Source: Octopus bimaculoides (taxonomy: Eukaryota). Taken from it: 49,163 nucleotides of DNA. Within the stretch, counting starts at the first letter, position 1. Each line of letters begins with the position of its first letter. The notes beneath the pieces were generated by a model that saw only the letters and a list, made by a program, of their open reading frames with translations, was not told the origin of the DNA and made no database searches. Both the position numbers and the translations under genes were made by a program. Shown here piece by piece: positions 25,641 to 39,230 of the stretch. The DNA is taken from NCBI RefSeq assembly GCF_001194135.2, contig NC_068991.1, forward strand, positions 79,777,219 through 79,826,381, in the 5' to 3' direction.

Positions 25641-25948
25641 TTCCTTTAAGCCTGATACTTATTTTAACGATCTCTTTTGCCGAAGCGCTAAGCTACGCGG
25701 GCGTAAACACAGCAACGCCGGTTATCAAGTGGTGGTGCTGGACAACCACAGGCAGAAACACACACGCACGCACGCACACAAACACAGATATATATAAATA
25801 GAGCGGGTTTCTTTCAGTCTCCGCCTACCAAATCCAATCGAAAGTCTTTGGTCGGCCCGAGGTTAAAGTAGAAGACACCAGCCCAAGGTGTCACGTAATG
25901 CGATTAAACCCAGAACCTTGTGGTTGGAAGGCAAAATTCTTACAACAT
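25641..25948 (-). mobile_element. SINE family S2, degraded
   Basis: Reverse complement contains the head (ggttctgggtttaatc), the ggccgaccaaagac...ggtaggcggagactgaaagaaacccg segment, a microsatellite and the 3' half. Confidence 0.75.
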
Positions 25949-26230
25949 AAGAATTTACTGCGCCTTAGTAAAGAAACTCGAATAACTTGGACCGACATCA
26001 TAATAGATACTTGTGAGTATTTGCATACACACACACACACAAGTACACACGCGCGCACAAATGTGCACATACACACGCAGACATGTACACACATGATAAT
26101 AGGAAGACTGAAAAATTTTGTGATTTGAAAAGAAAGTATCTATATAAATACATTTGATTTATTACTGGAACGTGCAGATGTTCTTAACAGGCATACAGCT
26201 TGTATTATAAACCCTCTTCTATATAATATA

Positions 26231-26415
26231 TTCTTTTATTCTTTTCTTTTACTTGTTTTAGTTATTTGACAGCGGCCACGAGGTGGCTGCGTGTGTACGA
26301 TGCTTGCTTCCCCATCATGCACCCAATTCTATTGAGAAGTACCTTCAGCAAGCCCTTGGCGGTCAGACAAAAGCCTTGTGAGCAGTGTTCGGCAGGTAGA
26401 GGTTGAAAGAAGCTC
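26231..26415. mobile_element. Composite S2 SINE debris: minus-strand tail (26231-26280) joined to a plus-strand degraded head (26284-26415)
   Basis: ttcttttacttgttttagttatttgacagcggccac is the reverse complement of the S2 tail. gtggctgcgtgtgtacgatgcttgcttccc...caaaagccttgtgag...ttgaaagaagc resembles the S2 head and body. Confidence 0.5.
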
Positions 26416-27227
26416 CTTATGAGACCAATTACAATAAATGTGTGCCTTAGTAAATTTGCATACTTTTTTTCTTTTAATTTCTACATTAAATCATAGAGAA
26501 TTTTCCGTTTAGGTGTATCCGACGCACATTCCTGTTGCATAGACACCTCGCAAGGCATTTGCTTCAAGTTCATTTCAACTGGTTGCAAGATTATACAACT
26601 TTATTGCCTAGAGTAATAATCATTGTGTGTGCGTGGGGTGTGNNNNNNNNNNNNNNNNNNNNNNNNNNNNNNNNNNNNNNNNNNNNNNNNNNNNNNNNNN
26701 NNNNNNNNNNNNNNNNNNNNNNNNNNNNNNNNNNNNNNNNNNNNNNNNNNNNNNNNNNNNNNNNNNNNNNNNNNNNNNNNNNNNNNNNNNNNNNNNNNNN
26801 NNNNNNNNNNNNNNNNNNNNNNNNNNNNNNNNNNNNNNNNNNNNNNNNNNNNNNNNNNNNNNNNNNNNNNNNNNNNNNNNNTATATATATATATATACAT
26901 ACATACATACATACATACATACATACATACATACATACATACATACATACATACATACATACATAATACATACATATATGTATGTATACAGTAATCCCAC
27001 GCCATATCGCGGTTCACCTTTAGCGGTTTATTATTTAAGCTTACGTCGATTTCTCCGTTATGTAATATATACTGTACAGTAGTGTTTCTACTTCGCGAGT
27101 TTCCATCTATTGCGGTGTTTTTTCGGAACGTAACACCTACGATAGTCAAGGGGCTACTGTTTACATATATGTATATATAAACGACTGGTTTCTTTATATG
27201 TGCGTGTGTGTATGTGTGTAAATATAT

Positions 27228-27354
27228 TTGTCTGTCTGTCTATCTACCTATCTATCTACCTATCTATCTACCTGTCCATCTACCAGTATATCTACCTGTC
27301 TGTCTAGCTAGCTGTCTGTCTACCTGTCTGCCTACCTATCTGTCTACCTATCTG

Positions 27355-27433
<79 letters not shown>

Positions 27434-27547
27434 ATCTATCTATCTACCTATCTATCTACCTGTCAATCTACCTATATATCTACCTGTCTGTCTACCTACC
27501 TGTCTACTTACCTGTCTACATATCTATCTATCTCCCTATTTATCTAT
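27228..27547. repeat. Compound (TCTA/TCTG/CCTA)n microsatellite
   Basis: Directly visible. Confidence 0.95.
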
Positions 27548-28949
27548 CGCTCTTCGACTGACGTGATGTGACATCGGCTCCGCAGGTAATCCCTTCGTCC
27601 GACCTTTTATTGCATACATTTTTTTCAATTTACGCTGGGTATCTGCCGTAGGAGCCCACCCGGCAACATTAATTCCCTCGCGGCCCAATGCATGTACTTT
27701 AGCCCGACCCCTGTATCCCTCATGTTTTGTTTTTAGGTGACGGTCCAAGGCCGTTCGCGCTGCCTGGATTTCGGATGCAGAACCCAATCTCAACGGCTCT
27801 TCTAAATCCCACATGGCGTAACGAATTTAAAATGAGACGATAACATGAGAGGAAAAGCGAGAAAGAGCGAGAAAGAAGTAGATATAAAAGGTAGAATACT
27901 GAAAAACTGGAAAACGAAAAATCATCAGAAAGAACCAAAGGGGAGAATTTCCACTTAAATCGTTGAATATCAGGCTGAAAAGATGGTGGCCTCTATGCAA
28001 ACACACACCTATTATCGTGAGCGTGTGTCCAGACGATTTAGTAGGTATAGGCAAGAGTATCATAGGTATAGGCACGTAACATTCAGTGAGGTTAAACGGC
28101 TAACGTTGTTGAGCAATAAAATGTTAGATTGATATTTCCCATCAAATGTGTTCTCTCTCTCTTTCATACACGAGCTCTTACTCGTTTCTGTCATTATTGG
28201 AAATTTCTCTTGGTTCAAAAATGTGTTTTTATCAACTTGGATTCGATAAAGAATACGAGGCCATGATGGTGGATTAGCAGAACTCCTTGTTCATCGGAAC
28301 GGATGTCTTGTAATATTTTTCTGTCGCATCGTGCTCTGACTTCAAATTCAAACGCAGTCTTCTTGGGCAATGGACTAAATTCGTCACCCTCTCAATTCTA
28401 ACATCTTAGCATGATGCGTGTGTATAGCCCAATCCACTCTGTTGCAAATATCGTGTCAGTATCGTGACAGATCTTTGGTTTAAGGCTATTCGCCCTCTCT
28501 ACGATCCGCCAGTCTCTTAAGCCCTGTAAATGAGCCCTATAAAGCTTTCACTTAGGAAAGTATATTAGTTTTAATAGTAACAACTAATATACTAAAATAA
28601 CCCATCCGAAGTCTTTCGATTTATTGAACTATCAAAATGCTTTCTAATTTTTCCAAACAGTTGATGCATTCTAGTAATATCGATCTCCATATCAGCTGCT
28701 AATTTATTAGTAACCTTGGCAATAGAAGTTTATATTGCTTTACCTTCTCTGATAATTACGTTGAGCTAGATTTAACAAACCATAACCTCTTTCATCCGTG
28801 GCGAAGTTTTACAACCCATTATAGATTATGTATCTAATACCGACCTTCTTTTTTCTATCTGAACATCATGAATTTAAAATAGATAGAAATATGAATTTTT
28901 CGTTATTTTGTTTTCTTTTTTTTTTTTTTTTTTNNNNNNNNNNTATATA

Positions 28950-29006
<57 letters not shown>

Positions 29007-30582
29007 GTAGGTATGTATGTATGTAGGATAATAGTAATAGCTTGAAATGAAGCAGCCGTAACTTCGATAAATTTGTATGTAAACAGTTGCAGCGTTGCTA
29101 TTGATTTGTTGTAAAGCTTTTGTTATAATGATAATTATTACGTAAGAAAAAAGCAACAAAAAGTTAGCAATGAATTATATTATACCTTTCAATTGGAAGT
29201 TGCTTGCTGCAGATAAGTTACATTAAGTAATCCTAATTGTATTTCGTAATTTGATTGATCGATATTTTGTCATTATCGAGATCAATGCACAATATCCATA
29301 ACATGCATTTGTGGGAGCTGGTAAATAATAATTTATGTTATTAAGACATCACATTACTGTATACGATCATTGATTCCTTATCCATTTTTATATTTAATAC
29401 ATATTCATATTATCGATGAGGACCCGTAGCGATGTCTAGAGCTGTAAAGTAACGAAGTAAATATGGATGCAGAATTTTGTTTCTTTTTTCAGGGAAATCT
29501 TTTATGATATCCATCTAATTTAACCCTGGTCTTCATATAATTATCAGTCATATTATTATAATAAATTCAGAGAATTAATTATATACTTCTAGAAAATTTG
29601 AATCTCTAATAGATTTGTGCGAAGAGCAATGAATTAATTGAAATAATAAAATGAAAATCGTCCAGCTATATTTCATTTTAACTTTTTTAAGATTCGGAAG
29701 CGGAAATACTTCTGGATTTTAACGTCCATTAAACCGCCGCATTTGTCACCAGTAATCATTGGGATATTTCATGATCAATGAAATTTTACGCTCGCAAAAG
29801 CATCCTCGACAATGCATGTCATGTGACAAGAGCCTTGCAGATTGAATACCGTCATCGGAAAAATTAATTTAGCGTTGAGACATCGCATTGTAGCAAGATT
29901 TTTAGGAATTCCTGTACTTGATCTACATAAACCCGAAACAAGCAAAAATACCTCACTAATGACGTTTATATATAACTACGAAAATTCAATTACCGTTGCC
30001 AATCGTTACACTAGTCTCATTGACCCAGCGTTGCGGTTTGAGATTAATTGTGAAGTCGTATATTACTCTATAGTTTCCATGTGGATCAGATCAAAATTAG
30101 AGGCAAGTGTAACGTTCGCTTTACCGTTCCCTTTTAGTCACATCTATATTTGATGGGTATTGTAAAGACTAATTTTCCTTACGGTGACTAGTAAATATAT
30201 GTATTCTGAGATGTGCAGGAAACATGTTCCTGGTTTGGAGTGATGATGCAACTAAACACAATATTTCATGTTTCTGTGATAGAGACGTTTTCGTTGTTTC
30301 TCTCTCTTTTTACATAGTAAAACTTGGAAAACTCAACGCAGCAACAGTTTAGTTTGTAATTCAATTCGGGTGGCAATGAAAACATGTTTAATCGGTCTAC
30401 AGCATTATTATGAGCACAGGAATTTAGACATTGAGAAATAATTGCTCAGTCGAAAACAAAAGGAAGATTGAGCTCGCGAAGAACACTGCAATGAGATATC
30501 TAACGTGTTCTGTATTCAAGTATGGTGGGTATTAAAAAGGCGTGTTGACGTAGTACGTACATTGTCCAAGCATGTATGTATA

Positions 30583-30623
<41 letters not shown>

Positions 30624-31019
30624 NNNNNNNNNNNNNNNNNNNNNNNNNNNNNNNNNNNNNNNNNNNNNNNNNNNNNNNNNNNNNNNNNNNNNNNNNNNNN
30701 NNNNNNNNNNNNNNNNNNNNNNNNNNNNNNNNNNNNNNNNNNNNNNNNNNNNNNNNNNNNNNNNNNNNNNNNNNNNNNNNNNNNNNNNNNNNNNNNNNNN
30801 NNNNNNNNNNNNNNNNNNNNNNNNNNNNNNNNNNNNNNNNNNNNNNNNNNNNNNNNNNNNNNNNNNNNNNNNNNNNNNNNNNNNNNNNNNNNNNNNNNNA
30901 TATTTAGATATATTTAAATAGAAACATTATTTCTAAATCTCTCAGTCATTGAGCAACATTATTCTAAAGTAAAGATTTGCCAACATAATAGGACAAACAC
31001 CGACACACATATACTTACA

Positions 31020-31061
<42 letters not shown>

Positions 31062-31224
31062 CGATGGGCTTCTTTCGGTTTCCGTCTACGAAATCCCCGC
31101 ACAGGGATTTGAAAGGCCCGAGGCTATAGCAGAAGACACTTGGCGAAGGTGCCAAGCAGTGGGGATGAACCCGGTATCCTGTGGTCGGTAAGCAATTATC
31201 TTAGCACGCAGCCACTTCTACGCC
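31062..31224 (-). mobile_element. SINE family S2, 5' half
   Basis: cgatgggcttctttcggtttccgtctac...ggcccgaggctatagcagaagacacttg...cagccacttctacgcc is the reverse complement of the S2 head. A second head fragment lies at ~31315-31345. Confidence 0.8.
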
Positions 31225-32759
31225 TAAAGATATATATATATATATGCAGGTTTTCTGTAGAGCAGACATTCACGTTATTCAGCTTAGGGAGCTATGGTAC
31301 CAACCATACACTACATGCCACACAGTGGGACTGAACCCGGATCTGTCTTCCTACGAAGCAAATTGCCTTAAATACATACCCATGATTTGCCCACATATGT
31401 ATCTCTTGTAGCATAGGCAATATCAAGTATTGTAGTAAATGCACATTGACACACACACGCATGTACATATATTATATAAGTACATGAATGTATCTAAGTA
31501 TGTGTGTGTGTGTGTGTGTGTATAATGAGAAGAAGGGTTACATTCTTACGGGTTTGTGCGTGTGTGTGCAAGCATTGATATCATGTGATAAACATTTGCT
31601 GCGATAGTTGATGTTGACGTTGTTGTGAAAGTTGATTGTAAGAGAAAAACTGAAGTAAAAAGGAATGTGTCGATTGGCGGAAGATGGCAAAATTAATATT
31701 TCTTTAAAGAAACATATTACGAAACTGAAGGTGAAAGAGCAACAGGTACAGAAGAAGGTCGAGTCAGAGCGTGTTGAAGAGAATCTTCAAGTGTGGGAGG
31801 GGCTAAGAAGAAAAAGGGGTGGATAAATCGTAATATTTGCTCTTCTGAAACCAAATAGAACAGGTAGAAAGTGGGTGGAGTGTACTTAGATATACGTGGT
31901 AAGGTTACAATGACATAACTATTGATGGGAATATAGTAAGCGTTGCTTGAGTAAAAAGGCTGTGCGTGCGTGCGTGCGTGTGTGTGTGTGTGTGTGCGTT
32001 TGTGTTTGTGTGTGTGCGTGTCTGTTCACTTGACTACATTATGTGTGTGTGTGTGAAAGTGAGAGACAAATGAGAAGTCGAAAGAAAAACGAAGAGAGAG
32101 AAAGAGAGAGAGAGATAAGGAGGGAAAGTGTCAGTGTAGGAGTGAATGAGAATGTAGAGATATTGAAGGATAATCAGGAATGAGTGATGGAGGAGTACTT
32201 TGTACTAAGACACCTCAACGTTGAAAAATACTGATCTTCATACAAGTTTGTGCAAATAATACACTATCTGACTTTCTAACTCTGGTTCTCTGTTTATTTA
32301 TTTTATTCGCCCTCTCCCCTCCCTCTCCCTCTCCTCACCCCTTCTCTCTCTCTCTCTCTCTGATCTCTCTATTCTTCTTCATGTCGGTGTATATATATCG
32401 ATTTGCGCAAGACATATATACACACTTACCGGTGTGCTTTTATGTCAATATACGCGCCACTCAGTTTCTAATTCCATTCACTGTCTCTGTCTGTACGTCT
32501 GTGTCTCCCCCTTCTCCCCCTCTCCCCTCTCTCTTTTTTCCATTTCTCTCTATCCCTCTATGTTTCTTCGAATATGTGTTTATGTACACACGATATACAT
32601 ACCCATATGTATGTGACTGTGTGTGTGTGTATGGATCTATGTATACGTGTGCATGCAAGTGTACATGTACGTATGTGTGTGCATGGTGTATTAAAGATCA
32701 CCAAACAAAGATATCCATAACCACACACACACATACACACATATACTCTCTCTCTCTCT

Positions 32760-32803
<44 letters not shown>

Positions 32804-34414
32804 TATACTACTAGCTCGCTAGAAAGCTCGCAAGCGATCCAAATTTGATTACATACGTGAAATGCTGCCACTGTCATCATACATTCTAGAATATGTCTCC
32901 ACGAAAACATTTCGCTGGTTGTTTATATACATATTTATGAACACAACCATGATTACTTCGTCAAAACGGCTTTCTTCCCCGTTCTCTCTTGCCCCCCCCC
33001 CTTCTCTCTCTCTCTCTGTCTTTCTTTCTTACTTCTACCTCCTTCCCCCCTAACTCCCTCCCTCCCTCCCTCTCAATCACTGTTCTACCGTTATCATGTC
33101 ATAATCTTCTACTTCAAACTGTCATCTCATTTCATACTCCCTGCACTTTGCTATATCTCATCACAAAGTGAGAGACCCTAAGCTTATTGTCTGACCTGCT
33201 TTACATTCCTTACAATTACACATTAATCCTAAGAAGTATAGAAATAGACAGATTCGACAATGTTGCTCTAGATATTCGAGAATGACGCGAAAGTTGCTGT
33301 TGAAATTTCTTAGATCATCGCATTGTGTGTCATTGCCATCCTTTGGTTAAATAAGGACATCAATAATTGCACCCCATCTCTTACATCTTGCATTAGTTAT
33401 CCTCCGATTACCTACTTAGAATTCATTCTCATTTCCCTGTTTGTTTTCGGTCTTCTCAGCGGTCTCACACTTCATGAGCATGGCATCTACATGCCATACA
33501 TTCCAAACGCGTTTCTGGATGCATACAAACCTGACACATGACTGTCTTGCTTATGTGTTGCAGAGAGAGTCTCGAGAATTGTGAATAGAGATCCTTACAT
33601 TTAACACTCTGTTTAAGAAGTATTGCTGTTTGATTTAATATCAGGAACTTTCCAGGTAACATTCTAAATCGGCAACAGAAATGTTCAACAATATCGAAGA
33701 TTTTGGATAATATCTTAATTCAACACCGTTTACAAATTCTTACCGTTACCTTATGAATTTTGAACCTACAATTCAGGATCAAAACTTCAACTGCTTCACA
33801 AGTTCCTGACACTGAAGTAACTAAAGATATCTCTTTAACTGGATATCAGATATATTATGTAGTTGTCGTCATCAAAGAAACATGTCTTTTGGACAACTTC
33901 CACACAGTTTTCTGACACACTTCCACGTCAACTGATTCGGTATACGTTACTGATGAGCTACACAAGTCCAAGCAGAAATAAGTCTTTTGAGACAACATAT
34001 TTGACCTTATATTTGGCTCAGCACAACCTGCTTTCTGCGTCACAGATTCAGTCAAACTATAAATATTGTTCGCACAATATTTCTGTAGGCAAAGAATTAT
34101 CAACAATACATGAAGAACTCAATTCTCCATATCCGTCTTGTAAGCTTTTCTATTATTTATAAACATATATATATATATATATATATANNNNNNNNNNNNN
34201 NNNNNNNNNNNNNNNNNNNNNNNNNNNNNNNNNNNNNNNNNNNNNNNNNNTATATAATGTGTGTGTGTGTGTGTGTGTGTGTGCGCGTGTGTGTCTATTG
34301 TGTATTTTGTATAGATGTAGAATGGCACGAAAACTTTGGTACGAGACTAGCATTTCACATTACCACAATCTTCAAATGAAAAACCCTACTTGCGAACCCC
34401 GAGTCGCGAGACAA

Positions 34415-34605
34415 ATTAAGGTGTTGCCCTCGTGATCGTTGGATTCTGGTTTCGACTCCTGACCAGATGGAACGCCGTGTTCATGCGCCCAAAGCTTCGT
34501 GTTACGTTTCTCCGTTCTACAATGTTGGCAAAGTGGTGACAGCGAGTAATCCTGCGTGAGGTCGGCGTCCCGTATTGATGGGGAATATATATATACCATA
34601 AAAAA
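34415..34605 (+). mobile_element. Degraded tRNA-derived SINE (family S4)
   Basis: ttaaggtgttg...ggtttcgactcc (B box), then the body gtgttcatgcgcccaaagcttcgtgttacg..., ending gagtaatcctgcg...ggcgtcccgt...gggga. Confidence 0.55.
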
Positions 34606-34814
34606 TCCGTAGGCCCATGGCTCTAGAAGTGCCAGTTACTAAAGAAATTTACTCAAAATGGCAGTCAATGTGATCGAAATTGGGCGCTCATGGGTAGAAA
34701 CCGAAATGTTCAACTATATCGCCATACTCTTTCAAATTACACTTTAGTTTCTAGGAAAATTATAATCCTTACAACAGTTTTCATCGTAAGTAAAATGCAT
34801 GACGTTTGTGTTAG

Positions 34815-34960
34815 GGGTCTAGTCGACAATTTCGACCCCAGTAACTGACTACTACCTTATTTTATCAAACTCCAAAGTAATGAATGCTAATTTTGACCTC
34901 AGCCTCATTAGAACTGAGGACGTAGAGTCGTAGTAAATACTACGAGACGTTTCCAGCAGT
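34815..34960 (-). mobile_element. Degraded SINE family S1 remnant
   Basis: tttcgaccccagtaactgac...ttattttatcaaactccaaag.aatgaatg...ttgacctcagc...gaactgaggacgta resembles the reverse complement of 47700-47800. Confidence 0.5.
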
Positions 34961-36421
34961 CGACTGTAGCAATTCCGAAATAACAAAAACACGATGTTAT
35001 GGCAACTGAGGTTGAAAGACTGATTTTTCTGAGTGAAATGTTTTCGTTAGTGAGTTATTAACTGACGCATGCCAGGGGTGAGGGTTTCTGGCAAGGGGAT
35101 AAGCAACGAGATGCTGATCCATCATAATTGAACGAGGGACTTGCTACGTGCTCGTCCAATCAGCTTGATATTCTTTTTCTACCGAGTTAGACACACACTT
35201 GTTATGCTTACAATCAGAATTGCAGTGAACCAGTGATCGGTGTATTGGAAACTTGCAATCACCAGTTGCAATATAGAAAATTAAGTGTATTGATGGATTT
35301 TATGGAAAAAAAAATATTGGGTTGCTCATATCCAGAATGCTTTGATCATCAGGGATGACTTGGAGCTATGCAACAACAACAACTAAAACCCCGCTGCATA
35401 CGGCAGAGAGCAGCACACTTTATTTCATGGCACCTTATTTCCAAGTTGTTTCGATGAAACCAGCTGGAAATATGGGTTTCAACCATGCATACCGTTTCGC
35501 ACCAGTGTCACTATAGGAGCTATCTAATCCTTCGGATTATTGAATCTTTTATTTTATGAAGTTCTTTTGCGTACAAAGGATATGTATTTGTTTTTCTTTT
35601 CGCTCTCACATTGCTTATAATTTCACAACCTAACTCGTTTGTCAATATTTTACTATATTTCTTTTTACGCCTTGCTTTTATCTACAACGGAATTGAATAG
35701 AATTCTACCACCAAGTGAATTTACAAAATAACGTTCTGTTATTCAGTGCTTAATGTTATTTGTTTTCTATACCACAGATCAGATATATCATAATCCAGAA
35801 TTTGTTTTCTACTTTACATACGTTTCGCAATACAACAGGGTTTCCTAAGACACACAAATAATTTATCAGGCAATAGAGATAGCGTAAATATTTTCTAAGC
35901 TGACGATGCGTTAATTTCTCTAGAGAAGTCATTTTAGATTCTTTTACTTTTCTGTCATGATGATGATGATGATGGCACCGACGACGACGATGATGATGAT
36001 AGTAATAAGATATACACAAATAGTTGAAGGAGATTGGAATAGAATGGCCTGTAGATCTTCTACAGAAAGTTTGCATCTTAGGGACAGGAAGAATTATTAG
36101 GAAGATCTTAAGCACTTAAAACGCTATTGAAAGTGGATACGTAAGGTTCTAGGCAATAACTTGCTACTCTCATAAATTCTACCGGGAATAACAATGAACC
36201 TGAGTCAATTCAATAACAATAATAGACTTTTACCAGCGGCGGTCATTCCTACACGTAAGACTATGTTGCAAAATGGTTTAGAAACATCTTCTGAAAGAGG
36301 AAACCAAATAAAATTTAAATGTTGCAGTTTTGACGCCATGTAGTGTATGGGGACATTACCTTTCACTTTATACAAGTGAATATAAAATTTACTCATAAAG
36401 GAACGTGAAGTATAATTCTTT

Positions 36422-36547
36422 TCTACTCTAGGCACAAGGCCCGACATTTTAGGAAAGGGGGCCAATCGATTAAATCGACCGCAGTGCTCAACTGGTACTT
36501 AATTTATCGACCCCGAAAGGATGAAAGTCAAAGTCGATCTCGGCGGA
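36422..36547 (-). mobile_element. 5'-truncated SINE family S1
   Basis: aatcgaccgcagtgctcaactggtacttaatttatcgaccccgaaaggatgaaagtcaaagtcgatctcggcgg is nearly the reverse complement of 47727-47800. Confidence 0.85.
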
Positions 36548-37574
36548 TCGGCTTGAAAAATTGTTAGATATTATGATATTTCTATTAACATGAAACCAAG
36601 GGTAGCCTCAGTATACCAATGCTCTGTTGAGCACTCATTCTTGTTGCTCGACATTTACATGTATGTGTTTGTGTGTGTATGTACGTGATCACGTTAAAAT
36701 TGATACATAGATAACTTAGCAAGGAAAAAAATGATTCAGTTTCTAGCCAAAAACCTATCCCCGATATAGGTAAAGATTACATAGCATATGTATCCAATGA
36801 GCACTTTGAAATTTTCATCGACTCAAGAATGGCACTCGGTGGTCTGATCACATTATCTATGACGATATTGCAGCAAATTCACCTTCAAAATGCATTGTAT
36901 CGTAGTTTTAATGGAGTAAGATTAAGTGAAGTTATCTAGCATCAGAAATGTACATTACTGAAAATAGTTCCAATCAACAAAGAAGATTTAACATTATCGT
37001 TCGATGTGTTAATATCCGCAGTTAAATCGCATGCGATTCACACCCATTCATTCTACTCTTTGCAGTTTTAAATACGGAGATATGGAATGTAATGATCTGA
37101 ATTGTACTATTTTGAGAATAAATATACAGGAGGATCATAGCTCAATGTTTTTGAACATATCTTTTCATTATCAGAAAATAACTTCGAGCTAAGCAACGAA
37201 AACAATAATGCCAACCGCATGTCTGCCATCAGAAAGTAAGTTGCTGTGGAAATGTATTTCTATGTTTGCCAAGGAAATGAATATAACAAATTACAAGATT
37301 AATCTTCTCAGTGTGGAATAAACTTAACAGCTCGGCATGCATTGTTATATTAATATTAAAATTTGATACCAGAACGTCCATATTGCGTTAGAAAGAAGAG
37401 TTAATATCAAATCGAAACAGGACCAGCTTTCAGCCTCACACGTATGCGTCAATGTATACTCCATCACCATAACTACCGACACTAGTAGAAACAACAACGC
37501 TAGTAGAAACAATAATAGAAGTAATAACAACACCTGCTGCTACAGTAGTCTTATCAGGATCAGTCTCATTGCCA

Positions 37575-37757
37575 TTATTATTATTATTATTATTATTATT
37601 CAGTAGCTTTATTTTTATAACGTGCTTTCACTTCACTACCGAGCGCAGCTCTGTGCGCCTTGGGTATGTGCTGTGGTTTGCTCTGGTGCTCTTATGTTTA
37701 CTGTATTGAAAGTGTTTTGCGTAGAATGTGTGCAGTACCCAGTAGTGCAATTTTCTG
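37575..37757 (-). mobile_element. 3' end of an R4/Dong-type non-LTR retrotransposon with (TAA)n tail; runs into a gap
   Basis: Minus strand QKIALLGTAHILRKTLSIQ* (stop 37698-37700), the typical C-terminus of REL-type elements. About 100 bp of 3' UTR with a GCGCA/TGCGC hairpin, then (TAA)n. Confidence 0.8.
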
Positions 37758-38577
37758 NNNNNNNNNNNNNNNNNNNNNNNNNNNNNNNNNNNNNNNNNNN
37801 NNNNNNNNNNNNNNNNNNNNNNNNNNNNNNNNNNNNNNNNNNNNNNNNNNNNNNNNNNNNNNNNNNNNNNNNNNNNNNNNNNNNNNNNNNNNNNNNNNNN
37901 NNNNNNNNNNNNNNNNNNNNNNNNNNNNNNNNNNNNNNNNNNNNNNNNNNNNNNNNNNNNNNNNNNNNNNNNNNNNNNNNNNNNNNNNNNNNNNNNNNNN
38001 NNNNNNNNNNNNNNNNNNNNNNNNNNNNNNNNNNNNNNNNNNNNNNNNNNNNNNNNNNNNNNNNNNNNNNNNNNNNNNNNNNNNNNNNNNNNNNNNNNNN
38101 NNNNNNNNNNNNNNNNNNNNNNNNNNNNNNNNNNNNNNNNNNNNNNNNNNNNNNNNNNNNNNNNNNNNNNNNNNNNNNNNNNNNNNNNNNNNNNNNNNNN
38201 NNNNNNNNNNNNNNNNNNNNNNNNNNNNNNNNNNNNNNNNNNNNNNNNNNNNNNNNNNNNNNNNNNNNNNNNNNNNNNNNNNNNNNNNNNNNNNNNNNNN
38301 NNNNNNNNNNNNNNNNNNNNNNNNNNNNNNNNNNNNNNNNNNNNNNNNNNNNNNNNNNNNNNNNNNNNNNNNNNNNNNNNNNNNNNNNNNNNNNNNNNNN
38401 NNNNNNNNNNNNNNNNNNNNNNNNNNNNNNNNNNNNNNNNNNNNNNNNNNNNNNNNNNNNNNNNNNNNNNNNNNNNNNNNNNNNNNNNNNNNNNNNNNNN
38501 NNNNNNNNNNNNNNNNNNNNNNNNNNNNNNNNNNNNNNNNNNNNNNNNNNNNNNNNNNNNNNNNNNNNNNNNTGTTC

Positions 38578-38653
<76 letters not shown>
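38578..38653. repeat. (TAT/TAA)n microsatellite, ~25 units
   Basis: Directly visible. Confidence 0.97.
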
Positions 38654-39210
38654 GAGTGAGAGAGCAGTGCATGCTATTAAAGTGACACTAGGGTAAAATA
38701 TACGAAGCCCAGTATACCCGTCATGACTACCCGTCTGACAAGGGTACACCAGGCACATGCATTACAAACATATGTGAGCAATATGGTAAGTTCAAATGAA
38801 GATAAACAGCGCATGAGCTTGCAGGTGGGGCCCTGTTGGAATTTTCTTCAGGTCGAGTAGCCCATCCCGCTTAAAAGGTCCCTGAATAAGGTTTGTTTAA
38901 GGATGTTGAGCAAAACACCCATGTTTCCAAAGGTGAATTATTCAAACCCCAAAGAACTCCTCTCAACACATGGCTATGATCCTCCCCCACTACTTCTGCT
39001 CGTGATCAGAGATGCACATATCCTCAGACATAAAGTCACATGCGCAACTGGTTAAGGTCAAGCAAGTGACAAGCAAATTTGTGATATTGAACAGAATATT
39101 TGCTGTAGCCCATCTTTTAGACCAAGACAAAACAATGTACATGATAACACTTCCAATCACTTAAGATCAGAAGCCATGAGGACATGTGCCTGGTACTGCA
39201 TCAGGGCATT
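38654..39210 (-). mobile_element. ~560-bp non-coding interspersed element bounded on both sides by (TAA)n; candidate non-autonomous partner of R4/Dong-type LINEs
   Basis: A sharply bounded, higher-GC, non-coding block between two (ATT)n tracts. I recall a similar sequence as a common Octopus repeat (not verified). The strand is inferred from a motif shared with the neighbouring LINE 3' UTR. Confidence 0.55.
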
Positions 39211-39230
39211 CATTATTATTATTATTATTA

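Noticed and set aside
29700-30180. Complex block rich in TAAT/ATTA motifs with a 103-aa ORF; possible enhancer
   Set aside because: Such motifs are expected in AT-rich DNA, and conservation cannot be judged without an alignment.
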